64,000 nucleotides of DNA from Spirochaetales bacterium (GTDB taxonomy: Bacteria > Spirochaetota > Spirochaetia > JABEVK01). The notes under the pieces were generated by a model. That model was not told the origin of the DNA and did not search any database. It saw only the letters and a list, made by a program, of their open reading frames with translations. The stretch lies in assembly GCA_037142615.1 (NCBI GenBank), contig JBAXAI010000002.1:1-64000 (forward strand), given 5' to 3'. How positions within the stretch are numbered: position 1 is the stretch's first letter; the number at the start of each line of letters is the position of its first letter. The translations under genes and the position numbers were made by a program. Below, one piece after another: positions 36,972-47,754 of this stretch.

Positions 36972-38285
36972 ATGAACTATCTTGACATCCGAGACTTCGG
37001 AGCCGTTGGCGACGGCAAAACGATGAACACCCAGGCTATCCAGAAGGCCCTCGACGCGGCCAACCAAAGCGGCGAAACCGTCCTCATCCCCGCCGGGGTG
37101 TTCGTCAGCGGTACCCTGAACCTGCACAGCGCCTCGCTCCACCTCGACGCGAACAGTATCCTCAGGGGCTCGGGCGACTTGAAGGACTACCCGGCGACAG
37201 GGTACCAACACAACGAGATGGGCCCGGTCACCAGCCTGCTTTACAGCCTCGGAGGGAAGAACATCCGGATCACGGGGTACGGAACCATCGACTTTAACGG
37301 CACGGTGTTCTTCGACCTCGGCAAGCCCAACGTCCCGGAGTGGTACAAGACTCCCCTGAACAACCTCCAACTCAGCGAGTGCAACACCGTCTTTGGTGAT
37401 CGGGTTAACCAACCAGCCTTCTTCGACAGCGTTGTCGGCTTGGTCATCGAAGGGGTCACATTTCGGGATTCTTCCTGTTGGACTCTGAGCTTCAATCACT
37501 GCCAGAACGTCTTGCTGAAGAATCTGATCGTCGATTCAGACAAGCGTCTCACCAACAACGACGGCATGCACTTCTGCGCCTGCAACGGCGTCGTGGTTCA
37601 GGGCTGCACGATTTCCACTGGCGACGACTGCATCGCCCTCACCTCGATCACGGACTGGGATACGCCCTGCGAGAACTTCGTCATCAGTGACTGCCTCTTG
37701 AGCTCGTGCTCCAAGGCTCTGGTCCTCGGTTACCAGTATAGCCATGTCCGCAACGTCACCATCAGCAACTGCGTGATTAGGGAGAGCAACCGCGGCTTTT
37801 GCATCATGTCGGGGGCAGGCGTCGGGCTCGTCGAGAACGTCACCGTGAACAACTTGGTTATCGATACCAAGATCCGGGCAGGCAACTGGTGGGGCAACGG
37901 CGAGCCCATCTTCCTGATGGGCATCGAGCACGACAATGGCATCGTAGTCCAGTTCAACGTTCAGAAGCCCAACCGAAAGGTGGAGTTCACCATCGACAAC
38001 GTGATCATCAACAACGTGGTGTGCCATGCAGAAAACGCCATCGGTATCGTCGGCAACGGCCACAGCATCCGCAACCTGTCTCTCTCGAACATCTTCTACA
38101 CCGCGAAGCCGACCAGTCTCAACATCGCACTGAAGGGAAGAACCCTCGACACCCTTCCGGCCCTCGACTTTGTCCCGGTACCTGAGGACTGCTTCCTGAG
38201 GATCTCCGGTGCTTCGGATGTTATCCTCAACAATGTTCACGGAGACAAGAGCAACGGGGTGAACCGCATAGTATCGACGGACTAG
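36972..38285 (+). CDS. GH28-like / pectin-lyase-fold glycoside hydrolase
   Basis: DFGAVGDGKTMNTQAIQKA, NNDG, TGDDCIA; Asn/Val-rich beta-helix repeats. Confidence 0.85.
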   Translation: MNYLDIRDFGAVGDGKTMNTQAIQKALDAANQSGETVLIPAGVFVSGTLNLHSASLHLDANSILRGSGDLKDYPATGYQHNEMGPVTSLLYSLGGKNIRITGYGTIDFNGTVFFDLGKPNVPEWYKTPLNNLQLSECNTVFGDRVNQPAFFDSVVGLVIEGVTFRDSSCWTLSFNHCQNVLLKNLIVDSDKRLTNNDGMHFCACNGVVVQGCTISTGDDCIALTSITDWDTPCENFVISDCLLSSCSKALVLGYQYSHVRNVTISNCVIRESNRGFCIMSGAGVGLVENVTVNNLVIDTKIRAGNWWGNGEPIFLMGIEHDNGIVVQFNVQKPNRKVEFTIDNVIINNVVCHAENAIGIVGNGHSIRNLSLSNIFYTAKPTSLNIALKGRTLDTLPALDFVPVPEDCFLRISGASDVILNNVHGDKSNGVNRIVSTD

Positions 38286-38575
38286 AGGAGTGGCCCGCCT
38301 CTGAAAGACATCGGTCGAACCTGTGCGTTCCCCAGGGAGGGCCCGGTGACCTAGCTCCATGGGCTGAACTTCTGCATAGACTCGCGATTCTACCGGGCAT
38401 CTGTGGACTTGGGCGACGATCAAGTCGCCCGGGGTCGTCCTGCCGATTTGCAGGGGCAGCTATTTTCGCCTGCCGAAATAAAAAAAGACGAGTTGTCGGT
38501 ATTGTCCTTTGGTTCAATAATCGAACTTCCAGCTGGATTCATCCGGCTCTGATTGTAAGAAAGGGGTCTTGTGTC

Positions 38576-39778
38576 GTGAATCACATTGCGCTGTTAACTG
38601 CTTTCCTTGTCCTGTTTCTTCTGGATTCTCCAACGGCCGCCCAAGCCACCAAGGCTCCTGTAACCGTCGAGATCTACTACAGCGACGACTGCAACCACTG
38701 TAACGAAGCGCGGCGAGTCCTCGAGCAATTGGCACGCCAGGATTCGACGATCCACGTTCTTGAGTTCGAGGTCTGGAACGACGAAAAGAACCTGGCGCGC
38801 CTGGTTGCCAAGGCGGCTGTTTTCGGCTACACGCCGGACGCACTGCCGAACATTTTTGTGGGAAGCAAGTACTGGGTCGGCTATTCCGCTACCGTTGATA
38901 GGGAAGTTCGAGCGGCTCTTGGCGCCGAACCGGTTCGGGACCAAACTCAGCCTCCGCCGGTTTCCGCCCCGGCATCCGGCGGACCAGTCGCGGATCTTGA
39001 GTCAAAATCCTCCCCGAGCGACCAAGGCGTGGTACTGAACTTCCCCATAATTGGCGCGATTGACCTACGGGGTCAGTCGCTGCTGATCGCGACGCTGATC
39101 ATAGGCTTCGTTGACGGTATCAATCCCTGCAGCCTGTGGGTCCTCTCGATGCTGCTGACGCTGACGCTCCATACGGGATCTCGGCTCAGAGTCTTCTTGA
39201 TCGGCGCGCTTTTTATCCTGGCAACATCAATTGTCTATGCCGCTTTCATCACAGGCATGTTCGCCCTCACGACACTCGTAACTCTCAATGGATGGATGAG
39301 CGGCCTGGTCATTGCGACCGCAGGAGTATTTGGGTTAGTCAATATCAAGGATTATTTTTGGTACAAGAAAGGTCCGTCACTTAGTATACCTGACAAGTCC
39401 AAGCCGAAGATCTTCGAGCGCATCCGGGGCCTGATGGTACAAGATGTTTCGCTGTGGGCTTTGATCATCGGAACAGTTGTCCTCGCGGTTGGAGTTTCGT
39501 TTGTGGAACTGGGTTGCACAGCAGGACTCCCGATGCTCTGGACCCAGTTGCTCACCGAGTCACACGTCGACCCCGCAACGTATGCTTGGTTGCTTTTTGC
39601 TTACATGCTTGTCTATCAGGTGATTCCTATGGTGCTGTTTGTCGCAGCAGTCTGGTCGCTCCGCGCCAGCCGTATTGGAGAGCGCCACGGCCGAATGCTG
39701 AAGCTCATAACCGGTGTCATGATGCTACTTCTCGCGGCCGGCATCCTCGGCCAGTTGCTGAGCCACGGCGGGGTCTGA
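38576..39778 (+). CDS. exported thioredoxin/glutaredoxin domain fused to a DsbD/CcdA-like membrane domain
   Basis: Signal peptide, CNHC, Pro-rich linker, DGINPC and ELGCT in a multi-TM domain. Confidence 0.82.
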   Translation: MNHIALLTAFLVLFLLDSPTAAQATKAPVTVEIYYSDDCNHCNEARRVLEQLARQDSTIHVLEFEVWNDEKNLARLVAKAAVFGYTPDALPNIFVGSKYWVGYSATVDREVRAALGAEPVRDQTQPPPVSAPASGGPVADLESKSSPSDQGVVLNFPIIGAIDLRGQSLLIATLIIGFVDGINPCSLWVLSMLLTLTLHTGSRLRVFLIGALFILATSIVYAAFITGMFALTTLVTLNGWMSGLVIATAGVFGLVNIKDYFWYKKGPSLSIPDKSKPKIFERIRGLMVQDVSLWALIIGTVVLAVGVSFVELGCTAGLPMLWTQLLTESHVDPATYAWLLFAYMLVYQVIPMVLFVAAVWSLRASRIGERHGRMLKLITGVMMLLLAAGILGQLLSHGGV

Positions 39779-39780
39779 AA

Positions 39781-42153
39781 ATGCCCAATCCGACACGATC
39801 GAACGAGGACACTTTGTGGTACACGCGCCCCGCTCAATTGTGGACAGAGGCGCTCCCGATCGGAAACGGGCGACTCGGGGGAATGGTATTTGGAGGGGTC
39901 GCTGAGGACCTCCTTCAGTTGAACGAAGACACTCTTTGGTCAGGCTATCCCGACGGTTGGACTAACGCCGAGGCGTTGGGGGTACTACCTGAGGTGCGGC
40001 AGTGCCTTCTGGATGGAAGAATCGGGCGGGCGCAAGAACTCGTCGAACGCCACATGGCGGGCAAATGGTCACAATCCTATCTGCCGCTAGGTGACCTCCG
40101 TGTCCGGCTACACGGGGTGGAGTCCTTCTCGGCCTATCGAAGGGAACTTCGATTGGATGAAGCTGCAGTGCTCAGTGAGTTTAGGACAAGCCAAGGCACC
40201 GTCAGCAGAAAGACCTTCGCTTCCTTTGCCCATGATGTCATTGTCTACGAAGTCGAAAGTGAGTTTCCAATGGATGCCAGCGTCATCCTCGGCAGTCAAC
40301 TGAGGTCGTCGATTTCCGGCGCCGGGAATGTGATTACGCTCTGGGGAGTGGCACCAGGTTGGGTCGCTCCTCACGACAAGGTGTATGAAAACCCCATCGT
40401 CTACGGAGAGGGCCCCGAGACCTCGGGAATGCGATTCTGTGCGATGGTGGCTGGCACGGCCGACTCGGAGCGGATGGATACCGACCAACTGGCACTCTGG
40501 TTTCGCGGTTTCACAAGACTTAGGCTTGTCTTGTCCGCAGCGACAAGTTTCCGAGATCGCGACAGCCATCCTTTTGTCAATGGACTCGATGAGCTGGCCC
40601 TGGCAAGGAGTAAACTTGACCGTGCGATGGGCGTGCCGGGAAACGAGCACCGAGAGAGCCACAGGCAACGCTACCAACTCCAGTACCAGAGGGTAGAGCT
40701 CGAAGTCGACTCGCCTACCGAAAAGCGGTTGCTGCCGACGGATCAACGGCTTCTGGAATCCAACCCAACCGCTGATCCGGCGCTGGCCGTCCTCGCGTTC
40801 AACTTCGGTCGCTACTTGATGATCTCTTGTTCTCAGCCGGGCTCCCAAGCGGCAAACCTGCAAGGCATTTGGAACAAGGACCTCCGGCCTTACTGGTGCT
40901 GCAACTACACGACCAACATCAACACCGAGATGAATTATTGGGGTGTTGAGATCGGCAACCTATCAGAGTGTCACGAGCCTCTGTTTGATCTGGTGAAGTC
41001 TGCGTCCCAGCACGGCGTACGAGTCGCGCGGGACCACTATGGAGCTCGCGGCTGGGTGGCCCACCACAATCTGGACATCTGGGCGAGTTGCGTTCCGGCC
41101 GGCTACGAGGGCCACGTGGACAAGGGCGCCGCTTGCTACGCGTTCTGGCCCATGGGAGGAGTGTGGCTGACGCGTCATCTTTGGGAGCACTTTCTTTTCA
41201 CAAGGGACAAAGCCTTCTTGGCCCTGGATGCCTGGCCCGTCATGAAGGAGTGCGCGAAGTTCTGCTTGGATTGGTTGATTTCCGACAAGGACGGATACCT
41301 CGTTACGGTGCCGGCGACTTCACCGGAGAACGGCTACTATTTGGAGACCGGTGCCCACTTCGCAATCGATGCTGGCACGACCTCAGACACCGAGAGCATT
41401 CGGGATCTGTTTCAGAATTGTCTGAGCGCTATTCTGGTGCTCGGTAACGATGAGGTCATTGCCGATGACCTTCGGAGGGCTTTAGGCCGCCTTCGCCCGC
41501 TGCGAATTGATGCCAAGGGCACGCTGGCCGAGTGGTCCCAGGACTTCCAACCTGCCGATCCCGGACATCGTCACCTTTCGCATCTTTACCCCTTGTTTCC
41601 GGCGACTTATGCCCAAGGATCAGGTGACAAGGAAGTGCTTGATGCCTGCAGAGCAACTCTCGCTTCCCGGTTGCAGCACGGAGGTGGGGGGACGGGGTGG
41701 TCACTCATTTGGCTTGTCTGCTGCTTCGCACGGCTTGGTGATCAACGTGCTGCGGAAACGGAACTGTACCGATGGGTGAGACACTCTACTTACCCCAACC
41801 TTCTTGATCTTCATCCCCCTCTTTCCGAGCGTGAGACCGACGCCTTCCAGATAGACGGAAACCTTGGGGTCGTCGCAGCAATTGGTGAGATGTTGCTCCA
41901 GAGTCACCTTGGGGTGATTCACCTTCTCCCTTGTCTGCCGACCGTTTGGAAAAATGGCTCATTTCATGGACTTCGTGCCCGAGGCGGTTTTGAGATCTCA
42001 GTCTCCTGGCACGATGGAGAGCTGGAAACAGCCACCATTTCAAGTTCTTTCGCGACGAGCATTGAGGTCCGTTATCGGTCAACGACTGTCAATCTGACTT
42101 TTGAGCGCCCGGGAGTACACCGGCTCGGAAGTGGGTTCTGGAGCCGACCCTAA
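39781..42153 (+). CDS. GH95 alpha-L-fucosidase / L-galactosidase family
   Basis: WTEALPIGNGRLG, LNEDTLW, FGRYL, NLQGIW, NINTEMNYW, HRHLSHL, FQIDGN; start ATG 39781. Confidence 0.93.
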   Translation: MPNPTRSNEDTLWYTRPAQLWTEALPIGNGRLGGMVFGGVAEDLLQLNEDTLWSGYPDGWTNAEALGVLPEVRQCLLDGRIGRAQELVERHMAGKWSQSYLPLGDLRVRLHGVESFSAYRRELRLDEAAVLSEFRTSQGTVSRKTFASFAHDVIVYEVESEFPMDASVILGSQLRSSISGAGNVITLWGVAPGWVAPHDKVYENPIVYGEGPETSGMRFCAMVAGTADSERMDTDQLALWFRGFTRLRLVLSAATSFRDRDSHPFVNGLDELALARSKLDRAMGVPGNEHRESHRQRYQLQYQRVELEVDSPTEKRLLPTDQRLLESNPTADPALAVLAFNFGRYLMISCSQPGSQAANLQGIWNKDLRPYWCCNYTTNINTEMNYWGVEIGNLSECHEPLFDLVKSASQHGVRVARDHYGARGWVAHHNLDIWASCVPAGYEGHVDKGAACYAFWPMGGVWLTRHLWEHFLFTRDKAFLALDAWPVMKECAKFCLDWLISDKDGYLVTVPATSPENGYYLETGAHFAIDAGTTSDTESIRDLFQNCLSAILVLGNDEVIADDLRRALGRLRPLRIDAKGTLAEWSQDFQPADPGHRHLSHLYPLFPATYAQGSGDKEVLDACRATLASRLQHGGGGTGWSLIWLVCCFARLGDQRAAETELYRWVRHSTYPNLLDLHPPLSERETDAFQIDGNLGVVAAIGEMLLQSHLGVIHLLPCLPTVWKNGSFHGLRARGGFEISVSWHDGELETATISSSFATSIEVRYRSTTVNLTFERPGVHRLGSGFWSRP

Positions 42154-42275
42154 TGAATGTTGAGACGGAACACTTTTGTGGAGCGGAGTTCTAGCCGGAT
42201 GGGATCTCGGTGTTTCTTGACGTGTGAAACGAGATTATTCGCGACGCCCAGCAGTAGGCGGAGGAGGAGTAGACT

Positions 42276-44378
42276 ATGAACCAAGAATACGAGCCCGGCG
42301 AATTCGTCGATGTTTCTATTGTCACCGGCCGGCCGGGAAGAACCGATGGGAAGAATACCGATCGGTCGGCCAACCTGGTTTTGCCGGACGTCCTGAGCAA
42401 ACTGCCGGTGGGACAGGTCCTCCCTCTTGGATGGCTGAAGGAGTGTGTGGAGAGGCTCCGCACTGGGCTTGCCGGGCATCTGGGGCAGATTAGCGCCTGG
42501 CTGCAAAAGTCGAACAACGCGTGGCTTGACCCTTTGGGAACCGGTGAGTTCGGCTGGGAAGAAGTGCCCTACTGGTTGAAAGGTTACGCCCACATCGGGT
42601 ACCTCACCGGCGATCCAAAAATACTCCAGGAGGTCGGGGTTTGGTTCGACAGAGTCCTGGAGTATCAACGTGATGACGGGGACTTCGGACCAATTCACTA
42701 CGAAGAGGGTGGCGAAAAAAGAGACTATTGGGGCAACATGATCATGTTGACTTGCTTGAGTTCCTGGTACGAGTACACCGGCGACGCTCGGGTCATCCCT
42801 TTCTTTCAGCGCTACTTCAAATATCAGTTGAACTGCTCCGACGGCGAACTCCTGGCAGGATATTGGCAGAGGTTGAGAGGTGGCGACAACCTCAAGAGCG
42901 TCATCTGGCTCTATAGGCTGACGGGCGAAAACTGGCTGGTTGATCTCGCCGAGAAGATCCACCGTGTTACCGCCGACTGGACTCGTCGAGACTACGATCT
43001 TTCTGAGATTCGGGGGGTGAAAGCGAGTCGGGATGGATCATTTCCTCAGTGGTTCTTTTCGTTGCCCGATTGGCATAATGTCAATATTGCCCAGGGTTTC
43101 AGGGAACCGGCACAGTACTATCAGGTCTCTCGGGACAGAAAGCATCTTGCGGCAAGTTACGAAGTCTTTGAAATCGTTCACAGCCATTTTGGGGGCGTCC
43201 CGGGAGGGATGTTTGCAGGGGACGAGAACTGTCGGGTTGGCTATTCTGATCCTCGGCAGGCCGTCGAGACGTGCGGGATTGTGGAGCAGATGAACTCCGA
43301 TCAGCACATGTTCCGGATTACGGGCGATCCCAAGTGGGCCGACCACTGCGAAGAGGTCGCACTCAACAGTCTTCCAGCAACCATGATGCCCGACTTTCGG
43401 TCCCTCCGATACCTTACGGCTCCCAATCTCGTCACGGGTGACAGTCGGAATCACCATCCCGGTATCGCCAATGATGGGCCCTTCCTCTTGATGAATCCTT
43501 TCAGTTCACGGTGCTGCCAACACAATCACGCTCAAGGTTGGACCTACCTCGCAGAGAACTCGTGGATGAGGACTGACGATGATGGCTATTGCATGGCTTT
43601 CCCCTTCCCCTGTGAGGTCAATACGACCGACGGCTCAGGGCATCCTCTGAGAATCGAAGTGGAAACTCGTTACCCCTTTGAAGAGACTGTTCAGATTCGG
43701 GTCCATTCGACAGCGAGTTCCTCGATTCCTCTTTACCTGCGAGTTCCCGACTGGTGTAGCGAAGCTAAGGTATCCGTCAACGGTTACCAGGTTAAGGTCA
43801 AAGCCCTACCTGGCGCATACCTCCGTCTGGTAAGAACCTGGGTAACAGGCGATCTTGTGACCTTAACTCTTCCGATGTCGCTTCGCTGGGTCCAATTTGA
43901 GAGACTTGGACCCGCCGCGAGCCTGTACTATGGGCCCACAGCGTTCTCACTCGGCATCCGGCAAGAGGTGCTTGAACGGAACAGTATCGAAACCGCCATC
44001 TTCGACTCGAAATGGCAAGCGTCAGTGGATGGCAGTGCTTGGCCTTCGTACGAACTTCTGCCGGCTTCGGCGTGGAACTTTGGCCTGCCGGTGTCAGCTC
44101 AGTCAGAACTGGGCAAGATGGTGCTTCGGCGGCGGCCCTGGCCAAAAGACAACTTCCCGTTCGAGTTCGGGTCTACACCACTGACGCTCCAACTGGAGGG
44201 TGTCCGCCTTCCTACCTGGACCCTCGATGAGTACGGACTATGCGGGGAGCTCTCCTCGATCGACCGGGAGCAACTGGGTGTCCTTGAAGAACTGGAACTC
44301 ATACCTATGGGAGCTGCCAGACTCAGAGTTTCCGTCTTTCCTGTTGTTGGTGGGAGCAACGAGCAAGATTCATTCTAG
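42276..44378 (+). CDS. GH127/GH146 beta-L-arabinofuranosidase-family protein
   Basis: GWEEVPYW, HNVN, VETC, CCQHN (Zn/Cys ligands), YPF, LRVPDW, LIPMG..LR. Confidence 0.88.
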   Translation: MNQEYEPGEFVDVSIVTGRPGRTDGKNTDRSANLVLPDVLSKLPVGQVLPLGWLKECVERLRTGLAGHLGQISAWLQKSNNAWLDPLGTGEFGWEEVPYWLKGYAHIGYLTGDPKILQEVGVWFDRVLEYQRDDGDFGPIHYEEGGEKRDYWGNMIMLTCLSSWYEYTGDARVIPFFQRYFKYQLNCSDGELLAGYWQRLRGGDNLKSVIWLYRLTGENWLVDLAEKIHRVTADWTRRDYDLSEIRGVKASRDGSFPQWFFSLPDWHNVNIAQGFREPAQYYQVSRDRKHLAASYEVFEIVHSHFGGVPGGMFAGDENCRVGYSDPRQAVETCGIVEQMNSDQHMFRITGDPKWADHCEEVALNSLPATMMPDFRSLRYLTAPNLVTGDSRNHHPGIANDGPFLLMNPFSSRCCQHNHAQGWTYLAENSWMRTDDDGYCMAFPFPCEVNTTDGSGHPLRIEVETRYPFEETVQIRVHSTASSSIPLYLRVPDWCSEAKVSVNGYQVKVKALPGAYLRLVRTWVTGDLVTLTLPMSLRWVQFERLGPAASLYYGPTAFSLGIRQEVLERNSIETAIFDSKWQASVDGSAWPSYELLPASAWNFGLPVSAQSELGKMVLRRRPWPKDNFPFEFGSTPLTLQLEGVRLPTWTLDEYGLCGELSSIDREQLGVLEELELIPMGAARLRVSVFPVVGGSNEQDSF

Positions 44379-44428
44379 GTTCACTCGTTCTGAAGTGTCT
44401 GTACCAGTTTACAGAGGAAGGAATTGAA

Positions 44429-46684
44429 ATGGAGCCAAAACGTCGAGTCATTTCTCATCGAAGACGCCCCGGTAAGTACGACAGAACTAGTATATCGCGA
44501 GCACCGGTCGGAGCCAACCTCGCCGGAGACCGCTTCTACCTCCGCTTCCTTCGGCCTTCACTTGCCCTGCTGATCATCGCGTTCGGAGCGGCGGTCGTTG
44601 TGACTCAGATTTCCTTGGGCTTCTTGCAGGAAGAAGTGCGCCAGTCATCGCGGCTCGCTCTTGAGCAGACTCGCGACATGGTCGACTTGCGGATTCGCGA
44701 GATCGACTTAATCGCTACGGAACTCTCTCTTGATCCTCAGGTCAACGCCTTCCTTCTTTCTCCAGCAACCCCGAGCAACACCTCCGCCACGTTTGACCTG
44801 TGGGCATTCTCGAAAAGCCTGCCCGACCTCAAGCTTTTCAACTCCCTCGTTGATGCTTATTTCGTCTATTCGAGCCGCTCAAACCTGATTGTGACCCCGG
44901 GGCAAGTTCTCTTCGATGTAGAACGAGACTTTGAACGAATGTTCAAGTTCGACGAACTGACACTCGACGCTTGGAAGCAGAGCTTTCTTCTGAGTTCACA
45001 TAGCCACGAGTTCTTTCCCAATGCCCAACTCAGGACGGGGCAGTCTTTCGTCAAGGGGTTCTACTACCTGCAATCTTTGCCGATCGGATCGAAGACGAAT
45101 CCGCCACTGGGCCAAGTGATGTTCTTCATCAGCGATACGGCGCTCGCGTACTATCTGGCCAAGCTCAACTTCGGCAGTGATGGCGTCGTCATGGTCATGG
45201 ACTCGAGCGGTGCGATTCTCGCCAGTCAGTCGGCCTCGCCGGACGCCAGCCGCGAGAAGCTGTTGAGCCATCGATTCACCGACCAAAGGGGTGTGGAACA
45301 GAACCTTCCGGGCTATTTGGTTTCCCACGCCTCGTCATCGTTCACTGGCTGGACATTTTGGTCAGTACAGAAGGAAGACCTGGTTCAGCAACGAGTCCTC
45401 TGGTTGAGGAACCTCGTACTCGTCCTGTTGCTCGCCTCCATTGGTTTGGCCCTTGCCGTTGCCTTTTTCCTCGCCCGGAGATCGGCGCTCCCTATCGAAG
45501 CCGCGTTCCTGCAGCTTGAAGTACAACAAAGTGCTCTTCATGCCATTGTGGAGGCCCAACGTTCGGCGGTGCGTTCTGAGTTAGTCCGGCGCCTGCTTCT
45601 GGGGTCGGTCAGCGACCCGGAGGAAGTCGCCGTTCTTGCCAAGGGTGCGGAAATGGACTTTCACGGTGGCCCATTCGGTTCTGTCACAATCAGGATTGAA
45701 GGGTACGCAGAACGCCTTGACCTCGATGTCGTCAGGGAGACGAACCTTGTGAAGGCCTACATTCGCGAGTATGCCGGCAAAGCCACTGCACTGAGCATCT
45801 ACTTCTACGAGGCCGACTCGATGCAACTTGAAGGAGTCGCTGTGTCGCGCGCTGAACTCGAATCAACGTTCAAGGCAACCCTCTCTGGTTTCATCGAAGC
45901 CTTGGTTGGTTCGGTCAGGGAGAAGTTCAAGCTGATTTGCCTTACTGCGGTCGCTGAGCCCTCGGCCTCCCTAGACCAAATCCCCTCCCATCATCGTGAG
46001 AGCAAGAGGGCGCTGGACTTTGCTCAAGAGGTCTACTGGGATCGTCCTGCCGATGAGTTTGTCTTCGCTCTTGAGACCGAGTTGCAGCTTTCTTCCTGGA
46101 TCCGCAGCGGAAACGCAGACGGCGTACGGCGGGTTGTGAAGCGGATACGCGATGACAACCTGACAAAGATCGATGCTACCCGGAACGCTCTAGCCACCCT
46201 TGCATCCCTTATTTCGGCCGTGCTCACACGACACGGATTGGCTAAGGCTACGGCAGGTTTTCCCCATCCCACCGCGACATCGAGCATGAGTGACTGGTTC
46301 AGCAAACTTGAGGATCATCTGGTACAAGTCTGTGCTTCAGCCCAGGACGAACGAACGACGAGAACAAGTGAGCGCATCCAAGCAATCAACGGCTACATTT
46401 CCGCCAACTTGTCTGACAGAAACTTCAGCATGGAAATGGCCGCCGACCACTTCGGAATGTCTCCCACTTCCTTCTACCACTTCTACAGAGACAACGCGAA
46501 AGAGTCCTTTGCCGACCGGCTTGAACGGGCAAGAATTGCCGAGGCATGCAAAATCTTGGGCGATGGAGATCTGCAAATCAAGCAACTGATATCGATGGTC
46601 GGGTTCGCAAACGACTCGACGTTTCGGCGCGCGTTCCGCCGCGTGATGGGAATGTCACCTCACGAGTACCGTCCAGCCCAATGA
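44429..46684 (+). CDS. membrane-anchored AraC-family regulator with Cache-like sensor domain
   Basis: Two TM segments flanking an extracytoplasmic domain; C-terminal AraC HTH (..VGFANDSTFRRAFRRVMGMSPHEYR). Confidence 0.88.
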   Translation: MEPKRRVISHRRRPGKYDRTSISRAPVGANLAGDRFYLRFLRPSLALLIIAFGAAVVVTQISLGFLQEEVRQSSRLALEQTRDMVDLRIREIDLIATELSLDPQVNAFLLSPATPSNTSATFDLWAFSKSLPDLKLFNSLVDAYFVYSSRSNLIVTPGQVLFDVERDFERMFKFDELTLDAWKQSFLLSSHSHEFFPNAQLRTGQSFVKGFYYLQSLPIGSKTNPPLGQVMFFISDTALAYYLAKLNFGSDGVVMVMDSSGAILASQSASPDASREKLLSHRFTDQRGVEQNLPGYLVSHASSSFTGWTFWSVQKEDLVQQRVLWLRNLVLVLLLASIGLALAVAFFLARRSALPIEAAFLQLEVQQSALHAIVEAQRSAVRSELVRRLLLGSVSDPEEVAVLAKGAEMDFHGGPFGSVTIRIEGYAERLDLDVVRETNLVKAYIREYAGKATALSIYFYEADSMQLEGVAVSRAELESTFKATLSGFIEALVGSVREKFKLICLTAVAEPSASLDQIPSHHRESKRALDFAQEVYWDRPADEFVFALETELQLSSWIRSGNADGVRRVVKRIRDDNLTKIDATRNALATLASLISAVLTRHGLAKATAGFPHPTATSSMSDWFSKLEDHLVQVCASAQDERTTRTSERIQAINGYISANLSDRNFSMEMAADHFGMSPTSFYHFYRDNAKESFADRLERARIAEACKILGDGDLQIKQLISMVGFANDSTFRRAFRRVMGMSPHEYRPAQ

Positions 46685-46821
46685 AAGAGGAGCTCGCAGG
46701 CCAGTTCTTTCGGCTTTTCGGCCACTGAAAACTGCTCGCTGCCAAAAAAACTGGCAGGTTGCGCAAACCTCTAGCAGGGTAGAACATTCTTTCAAGCTGG
46801 ATGCCTTTGGAGGAAGAAAGC

Positions 46822-47754
46822 ATGTCAAGAGAGTTGCCCCTGAGTCCTAGAGGGACCTTACTGAGGCGAATAACAAGGTACTGGCAACTCTATCTCATTG
46901 TGGCACTACCAGTGCTCTGGTTACTCGTCTTCAGCTATCTACCGATGTACGGAGTGCAACTTGCCTTCAAGAGGTATTCGATCTCAAAGGGTATCGTCGA
47001 TAGCCCTTGGGTTGGACTCAAGTACTTTGAGATTCTGGCGACGACACCGTCGAGCCTGCGAGTTCTTGTCAACACATTGGTTCTCAGTTTTTACGGATTG
47101 GTGGCCTCGTTTCCGCTACCTATACTGCTGGCAATTGCCCTCAACGAGACACGAAGACGGTTTGTCAAGAAGAGTGTGCAGCTCATCTCCTATGCACCCT
47201 ATTTCATTTCGACCGTCGTTGCCGTCGGGATGTTGCTGCAACTTCTTGATAGTCGTTCGGGGATCATAAACAGGATCATTGTGCTGGCCGGTGGGCAACC
47301 GGTCAATTTCATGGCAGACCCTGGTTTGTTCTCGAGCGTGTATGTCTGGTCCGGAATCTGGCAAACAATGGGATACTCGGCTGTTATCTATCTGGCGGCA
47401 CTTTCCTCGGTAAGCACTGAGCTTCAAGACGCAGCCAACATCGACGGTTGCACGCGACTGCAAAGAATCCGGCACGTTGACATTCCCTCTATCATGCCTA
47501 CCGTGACAACGTTGCTCGTCCTGAACTTTGGTTCCGTAATGAGCATAGGGTTCGAAAAGGTCTACCTCATGCAAAACGCCCTCAATCTCGACACTTCGGA
47601 AATCATTGCAACCTACGTCTACAAAGTGGGGCTCATCAATTCAGACTATGGGCTCTCGACGGCGATTGGGTTGCTGAACTCAGTTATCAACGTCATTCTC
47701 CTGCTAGCGGCGAACCGGATCGCTCGGCGGTTGAGCGGAAATGGATTGTGGTGA
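46822..47754 (+). CDS. carbohydrate ABC transporter permease (LplB-like)
   Basis: YLPMYG..AFK, SPWVGL, PYFIS.VV, EAA-loop variant DAANIDG, GFEKVYLMQN. Confidence 0.92.
   Translation: MSRELPLSPRGTLLRRITRYWQLYLIVALPVLWLLVFSYLPMYGVQLAFKRYSISKGIVDSPWVGLKYFEILATTPSSLRVLVNTLVLSFYGLVASFPLPILLAIALNETRRRFVKKSVQLISYAPYFISTVVAVGMLLQLLDSRSGIINRIIVLAGGQPVNFMADPGLFSSVYVWSGIWQTMGYSAVIYLAALSSVSTELQDAANIDGCTRLQRIRHVDIPSIMPTVTTLLVLNFGSVMSIGFEKVYLMQNALNLDTSEIIATYVYKVGLINSDYGLSTAIGLLNSVINVILLLAANRIARRLSGNGLW

Noticed and set aside
37536-38423. 295-aa minus-strand ORF
   Set aside because: Shadow of the GH28-like gene caused by its codon bias
39454-39780. N-terminal extension of GH95 in the ORF track
   Set aside because: Overlaps the upstream gene; family similarity starts near ATG 39781
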